NCBI GenBank assembly: GCA_036271175.1
Contig: DATBBD010000516.1
Location: forward strand, 1-38,865
Direction of reading: 5' to 3'
DNA: 38,865 nt
DNA from: Polyangiaceae bacterium
GTDB lineage: Bacteria > Myxococcota_A > Polyangia > Polyangiales > Polyangiaceae
Program-made: the position numbers and the translations under genes
Notes under the pieces: generated by a model
Database searches by the model: none
Told to the model about the DNA's origin: nothing
The model's input: only the letters and a program-made list of their open reading frames with translations
Shown: one piece after another, positions 1-8,300 of the stretch
Numbering within the stretch: position 1 is the stretch's first letter
Layout: every line of letters begins with the position of its first letter

Positions 1-1
1 C

Positions 2-1417
2 GTCAAGGTCTGCGACTTCGGGATCGCGCAGATGTCCGAGCCGGCGCCGACGCAGCCCTCGAGCAGCCGTCCCCTGACGCTCACCGGAACGTTGTTGGGC
101 ACTCCACAGTACATGGCGCCCGAGCAATGTCGCGGCGAGGTGCTCGATGCCCGCGCCGATCTCTATTCCATCGGCGTCATGTTGTACGAGCTCCTCGCGG
201 GGCAACCGCCGTTCATCGCCGATAATCCGATCGACCTCGTGGTCAAGCACGTCTCCGAAGATCCGACTCCGCCGAGCCGGCTACGACCCGCGGTGTCGCC
301 CGAGCTCGAGCGCGTGTGTCTGAAAGCGATGGCCAAGCGCCGCAACGACCGCTTCGCCGACGCACGCGCGATGCGTCGCGCGCTGCGGTCGGCGGTCGAC
401 GCCGTGGAGTCGGATTCGAGCGTCACGCCGCCACGCACGCGCGACCTACTCGCGGTCGCCGAGACGCAGCGCGCCTTCTCCGCCGAAAACTCGCGCCGCG
501 CGCGCGGGGTGAGCCGACGGAACCAGGACGCGCTTCGGACGTTGACGATACCGCCGGAGAAGACGCCTCGCGGGCTCGCGTCGCGCCTCGTGATCGGCGC
601 GGCGGCCATCGTCGCCGTCGGGGTCGTCTTCGTCGTCGGATGGACGCGCGACGCACCGGTCGCCGCGACGAATTCCCCGGCAAGCGCGCACGCCGCTGCG
701 TCCGACTCGTCGGTTCCCGAGAGCGCGGACCTTCCGACGAAGGCCGTGGGCGGGTCGGCGAGCGCAGCGGAGCCGGGCGGCGAGCCCGAACCCGCGGACC
801 ACGTGGCGCTTGGCGCTGTGGGTCCCATGGATCGTTCAGCGACGGGCGCGTCGTCGCGAAAGGTCGCTCACCAATCGGAGCCGCGCCTCGTCGCGCGTGC
901 GACGTCGCCGGCTGCGGTGGCCACGCCGTCGGAGTCGGTGGTCGTCGCATCGCCGGCACCTTCTCCGGCGCCGGTCGAGCCAATTGCCGTTCCCGCGCAG
1001 GCGCTCGTCGAACCTCCGGCGCGCGCGCCGACGAGCGCGGCCCCGGTCGTCAGTTCCGTGAACAAGGCGCCACCCTCGGTGGACCCCGCGAAGGGAAGGG
1101 TCAGCTACGCCGTGTCGGCCGTCGGCGGCGGAGCCACCGCTGGCAGCGTGTCCCGCGCGCTCGGACGAGCGTCGAGCGCGTGGACCGAATGCTACCGTGC
1201 CGGCCTTCGCGCACGGTCGTCGAAGGTCGAAGGCAAGGCGACCTTGCACCTCGTCTGCGACGACCAGGGCCGGGTCGTCGAAGCGACGATGTCCGGTCTC
1301 GGCATGCCCGACGTCGCCAGTTGCCTCCAGCGGAGCGCGCTCGGATTCGATATTCCCGGCGCCGACACCGGCGAAGCTTGGTCGACGGTCACCTTGACGT
1401 TCAAGGTCGATGACTGA
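2..1417 (+). CDS. Ser/Thr protein kinase, C-terminal portion (5' end upstream of the window)
   Basis: The frame is open from base 2. It reads VKVCDFGIAQ (DFG), GTPQYMAPE (APE) and DLYSIGVMLYELLAG (subdomain IX). A TM segment follows (LVIGAAAIVAVGVVFVV), then an Ala/Pro/Ser-rich linker and a C-terminal Cys-containing domain of about 100 aa. Stop is TGA at 1415-1417. Confidence 0.85.
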   Translation, partial: VKVCDFGIAQMSEPAPTQPSSSRPLTLTGTLLGTPQYMAPEQCRGEVLDARADLYSIGVMLYELLAGQPPFIADNPIDLVVKHVSEDPTPPSRLRPAVSPELERVCLKAMAKRRNDRFADARAMRRALRSAVDAVESDSSVTPPRTRDLLAVAETQRAFSAENSRRARGVSRRNQDALRTLTIPPEKTPRGLASRLVIGAAAIVAVGVVFVVGWTRDAPVAATNSPASAHAAASDSSVPESADLPTKAVGGSASAAEPGGEPEPADHVALGAVGPMDRSATGASSRKVAHQSEPRLVARATSPAAVATPSESVVVASPAPSPAPVEPIAVPAQALVEPPARAPTSAAPVVSSVNKAPPSVDPAKGRVSYAVSAVGGGATAGSVSRALGRASSAWTECYRAGLRARSSKVEGKATLHLVCDDQGRVVEATMSGLGMPDVASCLQRSALGFDIPGADTGEAWSTVTLTFKVDD

Positions 1418-1784
1418 GCGCGCCTCGGAGAAGACGCGACGGTCATCGGGTACGAAGCGCGTGCCCTGGGTGTTCGTCGCGTTCGTCGTATCGACCGTCC
1501 TGGTGGTCGCTTGCGCCGGAGGCCGAGGTGAAGGCATCGACGCGGCCACGTTGCCCGAGGACGTCCGCCCCGAATACCAGCTCTTCTCGGTGCGCTGCTC
1601 GAAGTGTCACTCGCTCGCCCGCCCGTTACAGAGCGGCATCACCGACGACGCGTACTGGGCGATCTACGTCGAACGCATGCGGCGGCAGCCCAGTAGCGGC
1701 ATCTCGCCGTCCGACGTCCCGCCGATCCTCGCATTTTTGCACTATTTTTCGAAGGAACAGCTCGCGCGACGGAGTGGGTCATGA
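1410..1784 (+). CDS. Small lipoprotein with a mono-heme c-type cytochrome motif (CSKCH)
   Basis: The ATG overlaps the kinase stop by 8 nt. The N-terminus has a basic region, a hydrophobic region and a lipobox (LVVAC). There is a single CxxCH (CSKCH), followed by W..YVERMRR and ILAFLHYF, which resembles heme-binding domains of quinohemoprotein-type cytochromes. Confidence 0.65.
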   Translation: MTERASEKTRRSSGTKRVPWVFVAFVVSTVLVVACAGGRGEGIDAATLPEDVRPEYQLFSVRCSKCHSLARPLQSGITDDAYWAIYVERMRRQPSSGISPSDVPPILAFLHYFSKEQLARRSGS

Positions 1785-2965
1785 GGCGTTCGGCGATCCT
1801 CTTGATATGCGTCACGGCGATCGCGCTCGTCGCAGCGAAGGCCTTCGCGGTGGACCGCAACTTCGCCGGGAGCGTTCAGCTCGACTATCTGTTCGTCCCG
1901 ACCGAGCACGGCAATTTGAACGCCGGCGAAAACGTAGGGACGTACGGGTTCGACGGGTTCACCGTCGAGGCGGCGGAGAAGCTCTCGGTCGACGTGTCGA
2001 ACCATCTCTCCGCGAACGTGAAAGTCTGCTTCGGGTGTCACGGCTTCGAGCTCGACATGGCCTACGTCGACTATCGGGTAGCCGACGAATTCAACATCCG
2101 CGCCGGGCGATTCAGTCCTTCGTTCGGGAGCTTCAATCTCCGGCATGACGTCGGGAACTACAAATTCAGCGACAAGCCGCTCCCGTACGACATGGGACGC
2201 ATGCTGCGGATGCGAACCTGGAACATGGGCGTCATTCCGAGCCCGTTCCCCGACAACGGCGTCGAATTGAACGGCTCGCATTGGTTCGGTGATTCGACCG
2301 AGATCGACTACGCGGTGTACGGGGTGATGGGGTTCAAATCGACGGACACGCATCCGCACGACCTTCGGTTCGACGAGTCGCGCATGCCGTACTACGTCGA
2401 CGACAACGCGCGGCCCACGGTCGGCGCGCGCGTCGCGCTCACGCAGAAGCTCGGCGGCCTCTCCGACGTCACGATCGGCGCGAGCGGAATGTACGGCACC
2501 TACGATCGGAATAACCAGCTCACCTATGCCATCCTCGGAGGTGACGTGTCGTTTCGGATCCGGCGCACCAGCATTCGGATGGAGTACCTGGTGCGCCGCA
2601 CCGAAATGGACACGACGGACGCCGCCGATTTCGCGCTCCCCGTCACGTCGCCGGGAAAGGACGCGTTCACGAAGCAAGGGGCGTACATCGAGCTCGAGCA
2701 GCCGCTCTCCGCGTCGGTGGATCTGCTCGGCAGAGTCGACGGCCTCTATCGAGTCGGCAATTATTCGAAGCCCGAGGACGAGGACGACATCGTGCCGCTC
2801 GCGCGACGGAGCTCGATCCTCCGCTATAGCCTCGGCGGGAGTTACGCGTTCGAGCGCGGCTTTCGCATGAAGCTCTCGACGGAGCTGTGGCAATTTTCCG
2901 ACCGAGACGACGACGGTCACCGCATCGACGTCGGGGTCCACGCCGCCTTCGTCGGCACGTATTGA
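1781..2965 (+). CDS. Predicted outer-membrane beta-barrel protein (porin-like), contains a CxxCH motif
   Basis: ATGA start/stop overlap with the upstream gene. Signal peptide MRRSAILLICVTAIALVAAKAFA|VD. The sequence shows alternating amphipathic patterns rich in Y/G/D/N and an aromatic C-terminus (AAFVGTY). It contains an internal CFGCH. Confidence 0.6.
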   Translation: MRRSAILLICVTAIALVAAKAFAVDRNFAGSVQLDYLFVPTEHGNLNAGENVGTYGFDGFTVEAAEKLSVDVSNHLSANVKVCFGCHGFELDMAYVDYRVADEFNIRAGRFSPSFGSFNLRHDVGNYKFSDKPLPYDMGRMLRMRTWNMGVIPSPFPDNGVELNGSHWFGDSTEIDYAVYGVMGFKSTDTHPHDLRFDESRMPYYVDDNARPTVGARVALTQKLGGLSDVTIGASGMYGTYDRNNQLTYAILGGDVSFRIRRTSIRMEYLVRRTEMDTTDAADFALPVTSPGKDAFTKQGAYIELEQPLSASVDLLGRVDGLYRVGNYSKPEDEDDIVPLARRSSILRYSLGGSYAFERGFRMKLSTELWQFSDRDDDGHRIDVGVHAAFVGTY

Positions 2966-3052
2966 CGCGAAATCACGCGCCTGGGAGGCGGCACCCGTGC
3001 ACCCCCCATTTAGCTGAGCCGCGGTTCGTCGCGACCGCGACTACAGGGGCAT

Positions 3053-4759
3053 ATGCCGCGCACATTTCGGGTTTTCGCCTCGACGCTCCGCGCCGTCGCG
3101 GTCGTCGCGCCTGTCGCGGTCGTCGTCGCTGTCTCGGTGGCCGCGTGTTCGTCGAGCAGCGGTTCGAGCGACAGCCCCGGCGGTTCATCCAGCGGGGGAG
3201 ACACGGGTTCCGGCGGACTCGGCAGCGGAAACGGCGGCTCGGGCAATCCGCTCGGCGGCAACTCCGGCAACGCCGGATCGTCGAATGGTTCGAGCGGTGG
3301 CGCGAACGGCGGCACCGGCGGTGCGTCCACCGGCGGCCCGAGCGGCACGAGCGGCGGCACCGGCAATGCCGGCACCGGCAATGCCGGAACGGGGAACGCC
3401 GGAACGGGGAACGCCGGAACGGGCAACGCCGGAACGGGCAATGCCGGCACCGGTAACGCCGGCTCGAGCGGCTCCGGCGGAACCGCCGCCGGAAATGGCG
3501 GCACTTCGGGCGGCGGCAACGTCGTGCACGTCGACAATCCGTACGCCGGCACGAAGGGCTACGTGAACTCTGAGTGGCAAGCGAAGGCGAACGCGGAGTC
3601 CGGGGGCAGCCGCGTGTCGAATACGCCGACCGCGGTGTGGCTCGACCGCATCGCCGCGATCGCCGGCACGCCGAACAGCCAATCGAACGGCGCGATGGGC
3701 CTTCGCGATCACCTCGACGCTGCGCTCACTCAGGGCGCCGGCTACATCCAGTTCGTCATTTACGATCTCCCCGGGCGCGATTGCTCGGCGCTCGCGTCGA
3801 ACGGCGAGCTCGGCCCGACCGATCTGCCGAAATACGAGTCCGACTACATCGACCCGATCGCCGCGATCATGGGCGATCCGAAATACTCGGCCCTCCACAT
3901 CGTGAACGTCATCGAGCCCGACTCGCTGCCGAACCTGCTCACGAACACCGACGTCGCCGAATGCGCGACGATGAAGTCGAACGGCAACTACGTGAACGGC
4001 GTCGCGTACGCGCTCCAAAAGCTCGGCGCGATCCCGAACGTGTACAATTACATCGACGCCGGCCACCACGGCTGGCTCGGCTGGGACTCGAACTTCGGTC
4101 CGACCGCGGATCTCTTCTACCAGGTCGGTATGATGGCCGGCCTGTCGACCATCTCCGGCTTCATCACCAACACCGCGAACTACTCCGCGCTCACCGAGCC
4201 GTTCTTCACCATCGACACGACCGTCAACGGCACGTCCGTCAAGCAATCGAAGTGGGTCGACTTCAATAGCTACGTCGACGAGCTCACGTACGCGCAGGCG
4301 CTCCGCACGAAGTTGATCTCCGAGGGCTTCGACTCGAGCATCGGCATGCTCATCGACACCTCGCGCAACGGTTGGGGCGGCTCCGCGCGGCCCACCGCCG
4401 CGAGCACGTCCACCGACGTGGACACATTCGTGGACGGCTCGCGCATCGATCGCCGCATTCAAGCCGGCAACTGGTGCAACCAAACCGGCGCGGGCCTCGG
4501 CGAACGCCCGGCGGCCTCGCCCGCCGACGGCATCGACGCTTACGTCTGGATCAAACCGCCAGGCGAATCCGACGGTTCGAGCACGATGATCGCCAACAGC
4601 GACGGCAAGGGCTTCGATCGCATGTGCGACCCGACCTACACCGGCAACGAGCGCAACGGGAACAACCTCACCGGCGCGCTGTCGGGCGCGCCGCTCTCCG
4701 GCGCCTGGTTCTCCGCCCAGTTCCAGCAATTGATGCAGAACGCCGACCCGCCGCTCTGA
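3053..4759 (+). CDS. Glycoside hydrolase family 6 cellulase (endoglucanase/cellobiohydrolase), lipoprotein with Gly/Ser/Asn-rich linker
   Basis: Lipobox AVSVAAC. A G/S/N linker of about 130 aa includes 7x GTGNA. GH6 hallmark motifs are present: FVIYDLPGRDC, VIEPDSLPNL, IDAGHHGWLGW and VWIKPPGESDG. AGGGG lies just upstream of the ATG. Confidence 0.9.
   Translation: MPRTFRVFASTLRAVAVVAPVAVVVAVSVAACSSSSGSSDSPGGSSSGGDTGSGGLGSGNGGSGNPLGGNSGNAGSSNGSSGGANGGTGGASTGGPSGTSGGTGNAGTGNAGTGNAGTGNAGTGNAGTGNAGTGNAGSSGSGGTAAGNGGTSGGGNVVHVDNPYAGTKGYVNSEWQAKANAESGGSRVSNTPTAVWLDRIAAIAGTPNSQSNGAMGLRDHLDAALTQGAGYIQFVIYDLPGRDCSALASNGELGPTDLPKYESDYIDPIAAIMGDPKYSALHIVNVIEPDSLPNLLTNTDVAECATMKSNGNYVNGVAYALQKLGAIPNVYNYIDAGHHGWLGWDSNFGPTADLFYQVGMMAGLSTISGFITNTANYSALTEPFFTIDTTVNGTSVKQSKWVDFNSYVDELTYAQALRTKLISEGFDSSIGMLIDTSRNGWGGSARPTAASTSTDVDTFVDGSRIDRRIQAGNWCNQTGAGLGERPAASPADGIDAYVWIKPPGESDGSSTMIANSDGKGFDRMCDPTYTGNERNGNNLTGALSGAPLSGAWFSAQFQQLMQNADPPL
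3356..3460 (+). repeat. Seven tandem 15-bp repeats (ggcaccggcaatgcc and variants) encoding (GTGNA)7 in the GH6 linker
   Basis: Read directly. The units start at 3356, 3371, 3386, 3401, 3416, 3431 and 3446, mostly with synonymous third-position variation. Confidence 0.9.
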
Positions 4760-4821
4760 GCGCCATTCTGAGCAACCGCGCGCCTCGAGAGCATCGAATC
4801 GGCAACCCCATTGGTCAGATA

Positions 4822-4838
4822 GGCTGCCCCCACTCGCC
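4822..4838 (+). repeat. Partial copy (17 bp, ggctgcccccactcgcc) of interspersed repeat family 1
   Basis: An identical 17-mer recurs at 5034-5050. The core tgcccccactcgcc also occurs at 12935-12948. Confidence 0.6.
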
Positions 4839-5036
4839 GCTTCATGATTCATTCCGTCGGTCGGCGCGCCCGGAAAGCTCGAGTCAGATGCGCCGTGTTG
4901 AACGAGAACCGGAGCGGAGCGTACTTTCGTGGACCGCGAGCCAAGCCTACGCGTCGGTCACCGGCATCTTCGAACTGTTCGATACCTATTCGTTGGCCCC
5001 GCGAAGCGGCGGCGATTTCATTCGCTGAGCGCAGGG

Positions 5037-5109
5037 CTGCCCCCACTCGCCCGCGCCGCGCGCGGTCGGTCTCCCCCCCGATCCTCGCCGAGCCTCGGAT
5101 GGGGGAGAC
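5037..5109 (+). repeat. Interspersed repeat family 1, copy a (about 73 bp) with an internal hairpin
   Basis: ctgcccccactcgcccgcgccgcgcgcggtcggtctcccccccgatcctcgccgagcctcggatgggggagac. It is about 90% identical to 12935-13004. The arms gtctccccc (5069-5077) and gggggagac (5101-5109) are perfect reverse complements, and atcc/ggat extends the stem. Confidence 0.8.
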
Positions 5110-5124
5110 GTCGGCATGACCGGT

Positions 5125-5184
5125 CCGCGCAGCGAGCGCGACGCGGCGGGGGCTTCTGCGTGGGCTCGCGTTCGCGCTGACGGT
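5125..5184 (+). repeat. Interspersed repeat family 2, copy a (about 60 bp)
   Basis: ccgcgcagcgagcgcgacgc...ggcttctgcgtgggctcgcgttcgcgctgacgg. Related copies lie at 10346-10404 and 18511-18564, in the same orientation. Confidence 0.75.
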
Positions 5185-5318
5185 GGCCCCCCAACCCATT
5201 TTTCAGCGAACGACGCGACCTTCGGTCGGTCTTAGCAACTGAGCACGCGCGCGGGCCGAGTCGTCTCGGTCACCGCATTCGGCCGGCGCTCCGCACGCGC
5301 GTCGCGAACCGGGCGGCG

Positions 5319-8300
5319 GTGCGCGGAGGCGAAGTGGGCGAGGCATCAGCGAACGACATTTTCGGACCGGGGCCGCGTCGTGAGGCGCGATCGCGCCGGA
5401 GTGGCGCGTCGCTTCGACGCGGAGCGATCGGCGTGGTCCTCATGTGGATCGCGAGCGTCGCGATGGCGCTCGGTACGACGGCGTGGAGCTCGCCAGCGGA
5501 CGCGAGCGGCGTCGACCCGACGCGGGTGAGCTTGCCGAAGGGGCCCGGATCGATCGAAGGGCTCGCGAGCGCAGATGTTTCGCCGTCGATTGCGACGGGC
5601 TCGGCGTCGTACGCGATCGGCATCGAGGTGCCCCCGGGCTCGGCCGGCTTCGGACCGACGCTGTCGCTCGCATACGACTCGGGCGGAGGCGTCAGTGAGA
5701 TCGGCATCGGCTGGCGCATCGGCGGCGTGCCGAAGCTCCGACGGCGCACCGAGAACGGGTTGCCGCGTTTCGACGACACGGACGCTTTCGAAATCGACGG
5801 GGTCGGCATTCCGTGTGACCTCGTCGAAATTTCGAGCGGCATCTTTCGCCCGACGTTCGAGGACGGCTCGTTCGTGCGCGTCGAGCGCTCGACGGACGGC
5901 GACGAATGGGAAGCGCGCACGAAGGCCGGCGTCACGTTGCGCTTCGGTGGCGCGGGCTTCGTTGAATCGGAAGGCGAGCACACCAGCGGCTATTTGCTCA
6001 GTGAAGAACTCGATCGGCACGGGCACCGCATCGACTACGAGTGGGACGCCACGGAAGGGCGCGCGCTCCTCACGCACGTCACCTGGAACGACTTCGACCC
6101 CTCGTCGAGAAACGAACTGCGCTTCGATTACGAAACGCGGCCCGATCGGCACACGCTGTTCTCGGCGGGCATTCTCGAGACTTTGTCGCGGCGCTTGCAC
6201 GCCGTGGAGGTACTCCACGGGGGCGCCTTGGTGCGTCGCTATGAGCTCGCGTACGCCGACGGCGCGCACCCGGTGCTGCAGTCGATCCAGCTCGTCGGAC
6301 GCGACGGAACGAGCCGGCTGCCGGCCTCGACGTTCGACTACACTGAAGCGTCGCTTACGACCGGGGATCAGGTCGTCACCATGACGAATCCGCCCGGGCG
6401 TTCGCCGAGTGATCCGGACGTGACGCTCGCGGATCTCGACGGCGACGGTTTGCCGGATCTGCTGGTCGGCGAAGCCGGACAATTTCGCACGTATCTCAAT
6501 CACGACGGCAAGAGCTGGCTATCGCCGCTCGACTGGGGAAGCGCGAGCCCATCGGTCTCATTGTCCGAGACGGGTGTGCAGCTCGCGGATCTCGACGCCG
6601 ACGGCGCCGCGGATCTGGTCGTGAAGAGCGGAACGGCGAATTTTCGGTACTTCCCGCGACCAGCAGCGACGAACTTCGGCGCTCCCGTTCCGATCGCGAC
6701 CGTGCCGAGCTTCTCGTTCGAAGACCCGGACGTGCGCCTCGGAGACATGGACGGTGATCGTCGCATCGACGTCGTGGTGACGACCGAAGCCGGCGTGGCC
6801 GTCGGGTACAATCGCGACGGCACCGATTGGACGGAGCCTGTCGTGACCGGCGTGGTGGACGCGAACACGCCGGTGCGGTTCTCCGACGGGCAGACATCGC
6901 TCTGCGACGTGAACGGCGATCGCGTGCTCGACCTGTGTTCGTTGCACTCGGGCGGCATGACGTACTGGCTCGGCCGCGGACGCGGCGTGTTTCAGGCGGG
7001 AATCGCGGCTCAGGGCGTGCCGTCGTTCGACGTGGCGTCGCCGTACCAGCTCGTCGACGTCGACGGCGACGGCTGGGTCGACTTGCTCCGCGTCGACGTC
7101 ACGCGTGTGTCCATCGCGCTGGCCGTTTCCGAAGGAGTATTCGGTCCGCTTCAGACGATCGAGGGGACTCCGACTCGCACGCCCGAGACGCGAATCGAGC
7201 TCGCCGACGTGAACGGTTCGGGCACGACGGACATCGTCTGGATCGACGTGAGCGCCGACGGGACCGCCGCATGGCGCACCCTCGAGTTGTTCCCGAACGG
7301 CCGCGCGGGCCTCGTGCGTCGCATCGACGACGGTCTCGGAAAGGTCCAGACCATCGACTACGAGCCGGCAGCGCTCGAGGCCGCCAGAGCACGTGACAGC
7401 GGGAAGCCGTGGGCGACCCGGCCGAACATGGCCATGCCAGTGGTCGCTCGTGTCACCGCCGATCTCTCGCTCGGAGACCCCCCGGTCATCACCGAATTTT
7501 CGTATCGCGACGGAGCCTACGACCCGAACGAGCGAACTTTCGCCGGCTTCGGCGGGAGCGTTCGCCGGCAGCTCGGCGACGCCGCCACGCCGACCCTGGT
7601 GACCGATTCCACAGCGGATCTCGGGCTCGTGCATCGCGAGCTCCGCGGCGCGCCCCTCGACGAACGCGCGCTCGACGACGCGGGGAACGTCTTTTCGGAG
7701 ACGTCGCACGGCTACACGTCGCGTACGTTGGCCACGGCGCTCGATGGGCGCACCGTGGCGTATTCGTTCGCGTCGTCCGAGCGCGTCGATCACGTCGATG
7801 GCGGCGCGGCGCCGACGCGAACGACGCTCAGCGAATTCGACCAGGACGACTTCGGCGACGTCACCGTCGAGCGGCATTGGGGCGAAATCTCCGGTAACGA
7901 CGACCTGGTCGGCAACGACGAGGCCATCGTCACACGGACGTTCGCGAACGACTCGGACGACTGGCTCCTCGGCTACGTCGCCACCGAAGAAGTCACGGAC
8001 GCCGGCGGGCGTCGCGTCTCGCTCGACCGCAAATACTACGACGGTGCGCCGTTCGTGGGCTTGCCGGTCGGCCAAGTGTCGCGCGGCCAAGTGTCGCGCG
8101 AAGAGGCGTGGGTGGGCCCGAACGACGAGGACGTCGAGCTCGTCATCGCGACCGCGTACGACGCGGACGGTCTTCCCACCGAGACGAAGGACGGACGCGG
8201 CGGCGGGAGGTTCTATCAGTGGGCGTCGGAGCACACGTCGATTCTGAGCGAGCGCGTCAAGCTCGACTCAGCCGTCACCTTGGTCGAGACGGCGAGCGTC

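Noticed and set aside
3356-3460. Short tandem repeats (3356-3460 and 10185-10328) as possible CRISPR arrays.
   Set aside because: The units are 15-18 bp, directly adjacent with no spacers, in frame inside coding regions, and encode peptide repeats. No cas genes are present.
3185-4852. Very long antisense or alternate-frame ORFs throughout the window. Examples are 3185-4852 (-), 6558-8234 (-), 8898-10106 (-), 16557-17603 (-), 18338-19579 (+), 18564-19661 (-), 23566-24630 (+), 23963-25102 (-), 30487-32118 (-), 32369-33478 (-), 32674-34371 (+), 34040-35494 (+) and 36901-38223 (+).
   Set aside because: Their translations are dominated by Arg, Pro, Ala and Gly, with no motifs. Each overlaps a gene in another frame that has clear family signatures. 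This is the typical stop-codon scarcity artefact of about 70% GC DNA.
5125-5184. Repeat family 2 interpreted as a coding C-terminal sorting signal (RAASA..LLRGLAFAL) of the upstream secreted proteins.
   Set aside because: In copies a and c the peptide frame differs from the upstream gene's frame and lies behind stop codons. It lacks the Cys or PEP features of known myxobacterial C-terminal tags. I kept it only as a question within the repeat finding.
4844-5199. Small ORFs in the 4760-5318 intergenic region (4844-5119 +, 4849-5199 -, 4929-5180 +).
   Set aside because: They are composed largely of the two interspersed repeat elements. The translations are Arg-rich with no signal or motif, so the region is more likely non-coding repeat DNA.
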